DNA from: Spongospora subterranea f. sp. subterranea
Lineage: Eukaryota
Assembly: GCA_049724395.1 (NCBI GenBank)
Contig: JAUGWO010000047.1
Span: 1 to 56,517 of the forward strand
Direction: 5' to 3'
DNA: 56,517 bases
In this document: positions 36,240-49,049 of the stretch, piece by piece
How positions within the stretch are numbered: position 1 is the first letter of the stretch
How the letters are laid out: each line of letters opens with the position of its first letter
Translations under genes and position numbers: made by a program
The notes under the pieces: generated by a model
Database searches by the model: none
Seen by the model: the letters and a program-made list of their open reading frames with translations, nothing else
What the model was told of the DNA's origin: nothing

Positions 36240-38600
36240 CGCCAACGTCGCCGAGCCCACTTCATACACCGAAGCCATCAACAACCAGAACGCAAAGGAA
36301 ATGGAAGACCGCGATGAAGGCTGAATATCAATCGCTAATAGTCAATTAAACCTGGACGCTGGAACAACTACCCGAAAACCGCAAAGACTTCGGTTTCAAA
36401 TGGGTTTACAAGGTTTGAGCTCAACTCTGATGGATCCAAGGTGAAACTAGTTTCCCAAGGCTTCGCCAAACGTCATGAGTTGCATTCCGAATTACTATAC
36501 GCATCCTTTAAGTCTAAGGGCATCGAACTGGTTTTTGCATCACATCGACGTTGATACATCATACGTAATTGCTGATCTCGATACCGACATCTATCTCGCC
36601 CAACCAACTGGATTTGAAGAGCAAGGTCTCGAAAAAGACCAGTCAGTCTGCCACTTTATAAGGCTATGCATGGTCTCAAACAAGCTGGCAGAGCTTGGTT
36701 CTTACACCTTTCTTGATTCCTCAAATTTCCAATCAACTCTCACAAATCCTTGCCTTTTTGTTAAAGGCATCCAACAACCCCCATGTATACGTCGCATCCT
36801 ATATCCTCTTCGCCAGCAAGAACCAGACCCTCGTACAAGAATTTGAAGAAAGCATCTTAAAACTCCTAAAGAGATGAAGCTGTTAGGACAAGTTCAGTAC
36901 AAAATAGGTCTTCACATAAAAAAGGAGGAAGGTCGGGTCTGTTAATGTCACTCAGGAATCATGATCACATGCAATCCCTCCGGAGCTCCTTCGATCAAAG
37001 AACAACAACATGCGACCTCAATTTCACGCAACACAGGTTCAGTATCTGACTCAAACGAATCATCCTTTATCGAAAAGCTGTCGGCGGCCTGATTAATCAT
37101 GCAAACTGTACCCAGTCAGACATCATGCAAGCAGTACTTCATGTCGCCCGCAGCGTCGTCAACACGACAGCAGTCAACGGTATTGCTGTCAAGCGCGTTC
37201 GGCCAGGTGCCTCTCACACTTGTCGGCACAAGGCCGATGGAATCAGCATTTCATCAGATGAGCGTTACTTCTGCCAACAATGTCCACATGCGAAGTCGAA
37301 ACGACAACCGTTCCCGAAACGGCGAGAGTCTCGATCAACGCACAGATACCAGATCGTATCAGCTGACCTAAAAAGTTCACTTACAACCGCGAACGACGGG
37401 GTATAGGTACTACATCACCTTCAATTGTCTATTTTCTAACTGTGTTGGGTGAACCCCCGAAGAAGTCCTAGCCGCAACCAAGCAATTCAACATTTCTCAC
37501 CGACAATGGAGGCGAATATGATATGTAAATAGCGAGATGAACGCGTGAATGCTGCAAAGAACATCAAGCATCAAAAGACAGTCATAACCCAAAAGAATTG
37601 GATGGCCCAGGGACGGATCAGACAATCATGGCAATTGGCCCTAAAAGAGTACTGGCCCAACGTAGTCAAGTACGCGATGTAAACGTTGAATCGACTCCCA
37701 ACCAAGGCAACCGAGTGCAAAACACCTTTCTAACTATGGATGATCCGCAAGCCAATGGTCAACCTCATGAAGCCATTTGACATTACTGTATATGCCAACA
37801 TCGACCTCTCACTACGAGCATCTCTGCAGTCAACATCAGAACGTTGCACCTTCTTAGGCTACGCTGATTTCCAGAAGGGCTACATCGTAAAACAACTCAG
37901 TAACAAGAATGTTAGCGTACGAAGAGATATATTTTTCGAGGATAGATTCTTCCCGAGCAAGGAGCGTTCGAGCGATCATGACCCTAATGAAATCATCGAT
38001 GATCATGGATTCGAACTCAACTTCGTGAACCACCTAACCAATTTGGAGTACTAAAGAACGTTCCACGATGCAATGCAGATTCCTGACAGTAGTTTCTGGT
38101 GTATATGCATCTCTTGAAGTGCAACGGTCAGGCATCTGCATGGACACTGGCAACTTTACCTGCCAATAACAACGTGATCAAAGGACGATATGTCTTCACC
38201 AACAAGCAATCCGATGGGAAGCTAAGTACAAAGCACGATTCGTGGCCAAAAGCTACTCCCAAATTTACAGCATCGATTACCACGACACAAATTCCTCTCT
38301 GTACTATCGTGCTTCTCTTAGATACCCATCATGAAATCTCCTCAAAGCCCAAAGTCTTCACACATTTTCCTTGCATCTGGTTTCAACACAACGGCTCCGA
38401 CATAATTCTCGCTGCAAGTCCATGTCGATGATCTACTCATCATGAGAGACAAGAATCATCAAGGCCAGGTTTGGCATCGTCCTGACGCAAGAAGTCGACA
38501 TCAGACAAATAACAGAACATTTCGGTCAAGCAAACTGCAAACCGACACCGCTGCCATTGGCGAAGTCACTCGAAACTGAAACGGAGAATATGGTGTAATC
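36240..38600 (+). mobile_element. Two highly degenerate Copia fragments (RT; then INT-RT)
   Basis: GFKWVYK, HHIDVDTSY...DIYLAQPTGF, DNGGEY, CTFLGY...KGY, VIKGRYVF. Confidence 0.8.
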
Positions 38601-40775
38601 TATCTGCGGTCTGAGTTGGTTAGGTTCTGCAGTTTATAGATGGTCACTTTGCATCATCAAAAACAGCTGAATGTCAATCAAGACTGTTTTTGTTTTGACT
38701 GATCTTGGTTTGGACATGAAGTCCTTCCTGGTTCGATGTTTCAAGAGACGCTTCTCCTCGTTAATGCTGCTGTAGAGGGTTTCTTCAATTGTTGTCTATA
38801 TAGATTGCTGTTTTCGTCACGTAATTTTCAATGTAATTGTGGAAGTTCGCGATTCATGGAAAATGGAGAACCAATATGGGTCTGATTGGTTGTTGCCGAC
38901 GTCATTTATTGAAAACAATCTCAATCCGATATCGTGAGGTTGGTCCATCAGAAACAACCTGTTCGGAACACCCTGGAGTAGGCAGAGTCGTCCATTTTCA
39001 GGCACTGCGACATCTTGGAAATTGCAGCGAAAAATGAAGTTTAAACAACGAAGCTTGCATCTGTCAAATGAAAAAGGGCGATATATTTTTTGTCAGAGAT
39101 CAAAGAAATCACATTAGGTTTCACTGTTTTTGAATTCTATAGTTCACAGACAAAACTAGATAAAGTCCAAGCCTTCGATTGGTAGAATCGATGAAATGGG
39201 TCATCCAATAATAAAGTGATTTCTGCCATGACTTCATCGAAGGTTTCCAGATCCGGAAAAGCAACTTTTTTTCATCATTCTCTGGAACCCGAGCCGATAT
39301 TGATCGCGAACGGGGACGACTGAACAGATCAATCTGAATTATCTCTTGAACCGTTTTCGCAATCGGATTGATGACAAATGCTGCGTTGGAATCGTCACCT
39401 GAGAGGTCTCTCCAGACTAAAAGTGATTTCCTTGATCGGATCGCCAATAATCGATCTCCAGGAGTTGCTGCGGCGGAGTACTGATTCTTCATCTTGGTTA
39501 ACAGATAACAAGATATACAGATTCTCGACACTGAACTCAGATGCCAGGAACGTCCCTAGGTAGTTGGGTTAGAGGGCCAGGTCGATGAAAAATAATCGAC
39601 ACAACGTAATAGTCGGATCCGTATCCACTGTTTCAACTTGGCGCTGGAACCAGCGAAGTGGCAGAACCAACGACAGAAGGACGTTTGTTTGTAAAAACTT
39701 CAAAGAACCAACGACGTCAATGGAACGTTCATTGTGTACGGTAGGTCCCAGACACTTTGGATAAACCATAGAGTGCCGATCAGAATCGTCACCCTGATAC
39801 TGATCACGATCTCCCAACGGATATGGAACCCGTCGGATGATCCCCTCAACTTCAAAAAAAGCCACTTGCAGACCCAGAATCCAAGCCAGGCAATCTCTTC
39901 GGCGACAAATTCACACTCATCTGGTTTATGCCGGACATAACTCACCAGCATAAAACTAATAACCCATACGGGACTCATGAATTCGATAAAATGAGCCGAT
40001 GATGAGGAAACCAAATATCAGACTGTTTCAATCGGGTTTTGGCGACTTCCGCGATCCCATTCGGGGCACCACGATCTCCAAATGAACGCTGATGTTAGAT
40101 TCGGCTTTCAATCGCAGTTTTGCCTGCTGGATTCGGTGCATCCAGAAATTGGCGGCATAGCGGAAATCAATCCGACAACGGCGATCGAAGCCAGATATGT
40201 GTGGGCGACAAATACTATTGGAAAGCAATCGACCTGTTCCAGATACCAAAATTAATGAAGTTGATGGCGATAAAGAATACGACAAGAAAGTTCACAGCGG
40301 CATTCGAGCTTGGATAACAGGAACTTTATGGTGCTGAAAGTAAAGGATCATGGGAATCATCACTCAAAACGAAGAAACGCTCAATATCCATATGAGGATT
40401 CTACAGAAATAGGTCTAAAAGGTAGATACGAAGCTGGCCACGTATGCCCTATCACGAACAAGGCACAGCTTCTTGGTCGACCCTCCTCCCAATCGCTGTC
40501 CAATACACCGCTCTGGTTGCAACATGAACAAGCATCCGACAGCTTTCAGTCTGCATTGCGCTCGTGCTGTACAAGTCCAAACCAGGCAGTTTGACATCGC
40601 TAACGTCCATGCGAGAAAAAGCAACTGCAGAGATCCGATATATATATATATGGAAGGTGCTTGTTAATAATATTTCCCAAAGTAATGACATGAAATTGAC
40701 ACAAGACGATGATGAAGATGAGGAAGACCATTTAGGTTCGGTATTGTTGAAATGTTTTGACAAAGCTACAAGTAG

Positions 40776-40984
40776 CGTAAAAGGACGAAGCTACATGTGA
40801 CGTAAAAGGACGAAGCTACATGTGACGTAAAAGGACGAAGCTACATGTGACGTAAAAGGACGAAGCTACATGTGACGTAAAAGGACGAAGCTACATGTGA
40901 CGTAAAAGGACGAAGCTACATGTGACGTAAAAGGACGAAGCTACATGTGACGTAAAAGGACGAAGCTACATGTGACGTAAAAGG
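40776..40984. repeat. Perfect 25-bp tandem repeat, CGTAAAAGGACGAAGCTACATGTGA x8 plus a partial copy
   Basis: Eight identical units at 40776-40975. Confidence 0.97.
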
Positions 40985-41533
40985 CAAAAATGACGATGAA
41001 ACCGCTGAAACGAATAGTCAGTTATTGGTTTCATAAGCAACGAATCTGTCGTTGTTGCAAAAATCCCATCAATATCATGACATGTATATATGAGAACTAT
41101 TTCAAGCTTTGACCATTAAAAGTGTTCAGTTTGATATATTCCTACTGACAATGAGCCTTCTTCATAGTCTATGATTCTACATATAGATACTGTGCGCCGA
41201 TGGATTGAAGTTGTAAACATGGAACGATGATGCACACTCAGACGCAGGTCTTAAAAAGGTCGACTATACACCACTTCTCTCGTGTTGTGATTTTTGCCTA
41301 ATGGAAATATTTCTTATTGAGTAGAAATTCGAATCAGTGAGAGACATAAAGAGCAGGAAACCTAAGACGATGCTGTCAGTACTCAGTATGCTCATCTATG
41401 CTCATCCTGGTTGAATAACCCGGTTGAGATTTATGGCCTCAGTTTCATGGCGTAATGGCTTGCGTCGCACATTATCTTAGTGCGTCTTGCGTACACTGAG
41501 TTACATTAGCGGGTGCCCGGACGACTTTACGTT

Positions 41534-43018
41534 ATGATATTGTCAACCGGTCGATGGGCTGTGATAGGTGTCGGTTCAATTGGGCTGGCAGCGGCAGCAA
41601 AATGGTGGCTTCTGACCATGGACTCAAGCGATTCGGCTGTGGTTGATGTCCTTTCGTCTGTCAATTCGTGTTCACGCTTAGAAAACCATCTTGGTCCAGG
41701 GCCGTACTCGACACGGTACCCTCGTGTATCCACCCATATTGACCCCACTACAGGCGTATCCTTGATAGGCTTTGAGGTAGATTTTTTATCAGTATTGTTT
41801 CGCCAAGTCTTTGATAATTTTTCTCAACATGCTTGATTGATGTTTTTAACTTCAAAACCACTATTATCCCACCAAAATATTTACTACAACTGCGCCGTGA
41901 TAATTGCAAACCAACCGTACGCGTTGAAAGTTGCCGGACCATCACCGTTATTGAAATTTGTTAGTCACGCCAGCATCTTGCGCTCGTTCATAATGGCATT
42001 GTCAAAACTGACTTTTGAGTTATTTTGCGTACTGTTGAACTAGAAAATGTTTTTCGTTCAGGACATGAGCTACTACCCACTTCTCGTAACTTCCAGATTC
42101 TTAACCGTGTTTTGTAGATGAAGACGGTTATCGGTCATGTTGCCTCCGTCTCCGTTGATCCAGAATCAATTATTATCGACTGTCCATGGGACAGCACCCG
42201 GCTCACAATTGATCGATCATCACTGCTGTGGAACGCTGCCACAAAGAAATTTGAAGCAACACCTCAACCGCGCTCAAAAGCATTCCGTTTCCTCGGAAAC
42301 ACGGCTGTTGGTCTAACGGTTGTCATGGGCGCACTTTACATCTTTAATTTTGTTAAACGTGGTGGAATGACTGGTCGTCGTCTTCTCTCCAACATCAGAT
42401 CAAACATGTGAGACATTGTTGTATCTTGTTGATCTTTGGGCATTTTCATTTTTTGACCAATTTTAAGAAATTTCGTGAGTTTTCATGGACATTTGGGTAC
42501 ACAATCCCTCATCTCATTTCTGGACTGCAAAAATTCTGCATTTTTTTGTTCCTGATTGGTTTGGGAGTGTTCTTGCTTTTGCCTGAATACCAAGTGCCTT
42601 GTTTTCAATCACTGTGAATTCTTCAACAGCTGTTTCGTTTTCTGTTTGCTCAATGATCTGTTTTGCCACGACTAAACTGTTTCGGTTCGGCTGTATGCCT
42701 TGATGCATTTTATTTAGCGGATTGCATTCATTCGTCAGCTGTCTGCCTATCTAACATGGTTTTACAAATTTAAACTGTATTTTCAGGACTGTAATAAATT
42801 CGCTGGGCGCTCCTGTCAAGTCCAATGCACAAATGAAAGGCACCATCACAGGCGGCGTGATCAACGTGCGCATTCCGCTTCAAGGGTCACGCTCCTCGGG
42901 AACAGCTGTCGTTCAGGCTGTTCGCGCCACCGATTCATCACCTTGGCTATATACTTACTCTGCTCTCGAATTGGACCTGAATCGATCACGAATCAAATTC
43001 GATGTTCAAGAAAGATAG
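41534..43018 (+). CDS. Spliced ~254-aa protein with two TM + Coa1/Tim21-like modules (exons 41534-41776, 42118-42407, 42787-43018)
   Basis: GT-AG introns (GAG|GTAGAT, GTAG|ATG, AT|GTGAGA, TTCAG|G) keep one reading frame. The C-terminal VINSLGAPVK...IPLQGSRSSGTAVVQAVR...W resembles the Coa1 family. Start uncertain. Confidence 0.65.
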
Positions 43019-43784
43019 TCTGCTAGCAGCCAATACTCCCTCGATCATCCATGGCTATCAATCATATAAACGCTTCAACTAGTTTAGCGAAAAAAGCTAT
43101 GATTTCGCTTTCGATACAGTGCCGGATGGTTGCAATCAATGACAGCGAGCCTAAAGAGCTCTTGTTCCGTCGTCGTTTTGCAACAACAAAACCCTACGTA
43201 AAACATCATCATTTTACTATCATTTTGAAAGTCCTGATTTACGTACTTTCAGAATCAGTTCTCGATATCCGGGCAAATGTAAGAGGTTAATCACTTTCAA
43301 GCTGACCATACACGAATTTATTGATTCGTGGACTTTCCCGTTATCAGCACATATCTCGACCATTTTCAAAAAAGCCGAAGACCTGTCTGTGGGCCCAGCT
43401 GGAAGGTACTGTACCATTGACGAAGTTTTCAGTTTGGTCCCGCCTTGAAACTCTGTTGAGACCCGCGTATGGCAACAACCGTTGTGGCGTAGTGTTTTCA
43501 TCACCGAGCTAAAAAGGAAGAAATATCCAATTTAGACTGGGGTGAGGGCCACCACTGGCGGTTGCTCAATGTTTCAGAACATCTCAGAAACGACAGGTTT
43601 ATGCTCTTTCATAAAGTGTACCCGATTGAACACACATGCCGCTCTGGGCGTTGAAAGAGACAGGCTGAGGGCTTTAGACACATTCTGGGAGGGGGTTGAC
43701 ACAACCTTGAAGGTATAAAATATAAAGTTTCTTGTTTTCAGCGTCTATTGATGAAGAAGCAAGACCAAAGGATTGTATGCTTTT

Positions 43785-44398
43785 TCATTCTTCATAAACT
43801 GTGCAAGGATTTGCTAAGAGTCTGCCGTCTCTTGTGATGATAGAACGCATGTCGGCGTCACGACAATGACTTAATAGGGCAATTGCCAACGTGAGACTTC
43901 CGAGTTGATGAGTTGATAAGTCAAAGGGATAGTATAACGTTCTGAATATCTCATTAATGCGATAGTTGTTTTCATACAACGGTTACACCATAAATGGTCA
44001 TACGCCCCTTCATAAACTCTATAATATCGTTGGATCGACGTTGTTCTAAAAATCCATTGCTGGAGATTGGACGTCCCACCGCGTGCTTGTGGATTTACGC
44101 CAACCCGGAATCCGATGGAACGCGAGAGTTCCTTCATGGTAGACAGCATTACTTTACATGTGGCAAAGCGCGAACCGACCGCGATGCAATTATTCGAAGC
44201 TATGGTTTGGGATGGGCACTCAACAGTATCTTCAACAGGATCGACACACCCGATTTCAACAAGTTCATACGAGGGATCGTCACCAGCCTCAACACGATTG
44301 TCAGAATTTGCATTTTGGTCAATACAAGTTGGAGTTGGAACAGTGCTATCAACCCGAACCGTCTCGGACGATCGTCGAAAAATCGAAGATAACGACAT
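43785..44398 (-). pseudogene. Possible FAR1/MULE-type DNA-binding-domain remnant
   Basis: IAVGSRFATCKVMLSTMKELSRSIGFRV resembles the start of FAR1/MuDR DNA-binding domains; no DDE core seen. Confidence 0.3.
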
Positions 44399-44699
44399 TA
44401 TGCAGTATCCCTCTTACAAGATACGACACACCGTTGTTTATATCATCAATGCATGGGTCAATTGATACAACACCTCTGTCCGTCGCAAAGCTCATTATCT
44501 CCTGATGTAGTCGGGATGCAATGGCCAGGTGAAGGCACCGCTGTCTTTACAGGTTTAAATCCAGTACATGGGCCAGCTCAACGCGCCCGACATATAACCA
44601 ATGCAAATGTTAGTAATCATTCATATCTAACGAAACGTCCAGCCAAGCTACAAAAGGGATGCACCAGCTGCAGGCGTGAAAATCGTGTTCAGCCTGGAC

Positions 44700-46881
44700 A
44701 ACCACACACCAGGAGAAGCTAATGCTCAGGAACCGACGCTAATCACAACACCTGAACTTTCAGATATTGCCTCCCAAATGCTGAATGAAGCAATGCATCG
44801 CATTGTTGACTATGGCGACGACATTGAAGAAGCAAGTAATGAAATTTTACTTCAAGCAAAGCAACTTCTTGAAGGACAATTTGCGACTACAGCAGGATTG
44901 TTTGATCATAATTACTGGTGTTGTACAATCGGTAATTCTTCTAAGAACATTACTTTGGTCAGGATTTTCATACGTGCCTTCAGACACTCTGTTGCTAGAA
45001 TCCGTCCCATTGACAGAGCTTATGAGGCGCGAACAATTGTAATAAATACTATATGGTCTTGATGTATATTTTGATGATATCTTCAGAACACGTTATGAAT
45101 GAAATGCGGTGATCAAATTCATTTTTAAAGATAGACAGGGAACAATAAATTGTACTGACTTTAGAAAGTACAGCCAGTGGTATGGGTGAAGATGTGTAAA
45201 CAAGGTTTACAAGAGTTCTTAAGAGCTTATAAGATTTATTCATTAAAACGATCCGTTACAATCAACGAGCACGACGAAGTTGGCAATGACGTATAACGGA
45301 TATCATTAAAGCGGCGGGGCCATCACCGAACCAACTTCTGTGCCAAAATGGGCTAACACGACCCTTGTGTGCGTCTTCGTTTGAGCAATCAACTGATGAT
45401 GTCCTGTATATTGCTCCAATGCATGTCTGTCATATTGACCTCGCTAATATTATATCACAGAAACGGAGATGTCGCTTCTGTGTTTAAGGCCAGCGAAATA
45501 ATCAATCTCAGGAACCAAAAGGGGCGCACTGCTCTCATGTCGGCAATTCATTTTTTTAAAAGGTTGGTCAAATTCACTGTCTGAGTTTGTTTAGCACATT
45601 CAATATTGAATTTTCATCTTCAGAGATGGTACCGCCCGAATTCTGTTGGATAATGGCGCTGATCCCACAATATCGGATAATGATGGCAATACCGCAATAC
45701 ACCTGGCGATAAATCTGAAAGGGTATTCTGCTATAATGTGTCTTCAAATCGATTGATCTGATTGAGATCTCACAGATCTGGACCACTCGTGATTCCTATA
45801 ATCAATGCGGCGAGGGCAACCGCAATCGATCCTTCTTGTTTGGTAAATCTAAAGAACAAGGCTGGGAAAACTGCTCTTGTGTTAGCATATTCTTGTTCAA
45901 AGGTTAATTTACTGCTTGGATTTGGTTTTCTCCCTCATTTTTCGGTGATATTGTGTCCAGGTGTGATATCGGCCATATTCTTCTTGAGAATGGTGCCGAC
46001 CCCAGTATATCCGATAATGATGGTGTCTCCCCATTGACCGCTCTCATGTCATATCACCAGTTCATTTCTCAAGTCGTTTAGTTCAATCATTCATTCAAGT
46101 ACTCGCAGGATGAACGAAATCCTGTTTTTAACGATTAAGGATATTAATATTGATATCAACCATTTGTACGATGGGAACACTCTACTCCATATGGCTGTTA
46201 AGGCTAATTTGTTGGTTGACAATAATATAATGATTAGCCACCTCAGTTAAATTGATTCACTAGTAAGGAGTTGATTCAGGATCTGTTGGTTCGTGATGCC
46301 GATCCCGTTGTTGCTGACAGAAAAGGGAATACACCATTGCACTTGGCAATACCAAAGCTGCTGTATTTCTGCAATAATCTGTTTGTATCACTAATTTGAA
46401 TAATCTCCAGATCTTCAGACGTCTTTCGCAATATAATCAATGCGGGAGGTTGACGTCGTATGGGGCAGGATGAAACTGAGAAACGATATGGAGAATTGCC
46501 CGGATCATTGGTTCGTCTTTTCATGTCACCTTTTACCACAAATATTTTTGAAACATCGAAATCACTGACTTGATCTCACAGAAAAGTCTTTAAAGATTCC
46601 GGTCCGAAGTGTTGAAAAAAAACAACGTCCAAAACCATTAGGGGGAAACTGCTCTCCATGTGGCAGTTTCAAAAAATGTGTCTGTCAAATCTTCGCCTGT
46701 TCAACCCCTTTTTGTTGATCTGGCTTTTTGCAGTCACTCTCGTATTATGGTTCTTCTGGAAATGGGTGCCAGCCGCACCATCAAATGTAATGGCCAGACA
46801 GCGCTGGAGCTGGGAAAACAGAAGTTGGCAGAGAACGATTCCATAAATGCCAACTTTCTCGTTCTCCAATTTCAAAATTGA
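44700..46881 (+). pseudogene. Ankyrin-repeat pseudogene
   Basis: Fragments in several frames: KGRTALMSA, ADPTISDNDGNTAIHLA, AGKTALVLA, DGNTLLHMAV, DRKGNTPLHLA, GETALHVAV; many stops and frameshifts. Confidence 0.85.
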
Positions 46882-49049
46882 GTTCATAAACCAGTGGCGT
46901 GTACTGCATTTGCTGCTCTCTATGTGGTTAGATTTCAGACCGTTTTTGTCAAACTTCCAGCCCAACTGATTTTATCACCTCAATCATATTGGAGAAATAG
47001 TGCAATTGAGGGGATATCACAAGTGGCGATAACTTGGATCATTGCCCAGATCAGGGACTATTGATCACCTGGCTTATTAGTCCTATCCTTAGACAACAAT
47101 ATTGGCAATCCAGCCGAAGCGGGTTCCAGATCATTCGATCTGTAATTAATACGGGTAATGACGGAATCGCTCAATATTGATCCCGTTGACCATACATGAG
47201 ACTGAACCAATATGTGATATTCTTGATATTTCTCTATTGCCTCCTTTCTCATTCCGCTGGATTTTTGTTTGACGTTTGGTCATGTTCCTAGAGATGCAAT
47301 TTGTATTTGTTTACTTTCTGCCACTTCTAATCTTCCAACTAATCCACTTTGTTGTGGCATGTGCTTTTTATCTGTTAATCTGATTGTAATTGTGTGGCAG
47401 ATGTTGACTGTTTCCACAAATGTCCCATCTATGACCATTGCAATTGTTCTTTTTAGAGCGGTTCTTTGTGAAACACCTAAGCATCCTTTCCGTTTTGTTC
47501 CCTAATGTCGCTCCGATAACACTTCCAACATCGACCATCCATTCAGCCCCTGTCAATCCTGGTTTGTGTTGCCCTCAGATGCTGGATCGAGTGGGCCCAA
47601 TAATTGCCCAGAACCCCGAAATGGCGCAGATGAAAGGAATACTTGCCTTCGGATAGATTGTTTTGTTTGGGCTCATGCGTTAGTATGAGAATTTTGACAG
47701 CTGCCCAACTGCGGAAATGACAAACAGCCGCCTTGCGAATGACACCAACGCACCGTGGCGGCATCCGCGGTGCCGAGTCTTGGCAGGACTTTCTGTGCGA
47801 AACGGATTAGAGATGTTTCCCATGAAATCTACCCCATGATATGATTAATTTCTGTTCCACTATGAACCATTCAGTGTTGGCTGTTTTACAGTGCAGTTCT
47901 TGTCGCCTATGGGATACTGATGCAAATGACGGTCGTGATCAAGACCTTCATCACAATACGGTGATTGATTTCGGCCCTGAAGAACAACGAGGGACTCAGA
48001 TTACCTCAATCTGCGTTGGCAAGGCATCATCGCTTTGTGTGCGGAAAGATCGTCGCTTCACCATACGAGGTGTTCCTGGATCAAGAGCCGCAACGACAGG
48101 ACAACGACGACTAAGATTTTCACTTTAGCAATTTGTAAAAGCGTCCGGACCGACGCAATCCAGCCAGACGATGTCGGCGGAGACGGTCGAAAGAATATCG
48201 ACGATGAGCGAGATTCAAGTGACGGTAAAGATGACGACGTCTGGGCAGTGAACGAGTACACCATGAGGGATCGAACGGTGACCAAAACGCGTCTCACGAT
48301 GTGCAAGTTCGATCGCTCGCGTTGCCCCAATCAGCATCAGCCTACCGGCGACCAGCTTGGGCTCAAACTGAGGTGATGTTATTGTTGCTCTTGAAAAAAC
48401 ACATGTTTTGTACTTTTTCTTGGAAGCTTGGTGAAACACCTTGTCACCATGCCCCTCGACAGAAGACATGGCTGATTCAGCGCTTCGATTTCTCATCAAA
48501 TGATGACAGTCGGATTTTCCAGCCATGAACCAACAACCAAAATTGTTCACACACTATGCAACTTGTAAACCATAAATTACCAATTCGACTCTGTCGGACT
48601 GAAATAGCAGACCCGTGAATTACAGAAAAGTCCATTAAAATCGGGTCATCCTAAACAAAAATTAGATCACAATGCCAATAACAATATGCCAAACACAATT
48701 GGCTGGTGAAGCGTCAGAAACAAAGGAACAGGTCAAGAACTGACTTCCATAACTTAGCAATCACCACGAGGGTTGGAATATCAGAGTAATTGCAATTTGT
48801 TGATATCGTTCAATAACAGACATGTAGCGCCAAAGAGAAATTCAAGTGGAATAAACGTGGAGAGGACCAGGGGTTAGGCCCTGTTGATCTCGAGATTCAA
48901 TGAGATAAGCGGTGAACACTGATATCTTGATCATGTCTTTACTGCATTGCAGGATCCATTTCAGGATATTGCCGAGAGATAATACATCCACCTTTCATGA
49001 AGATGGCTTTCATGCACGGAACCGTCCCGTACTTGAACGGAATCGTCGG

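Noticed and set aside
40776..40984. CRISPR or telomeric repeat
   Set aside because: No spacers; the 25-bp unit is interstitial and lacks a G-rich telomere motif.
40745..41104. Solo LTR around the 25-bp array (TGTTG...TTCA)
   Set aside because: No TSD and no second copy in the window.
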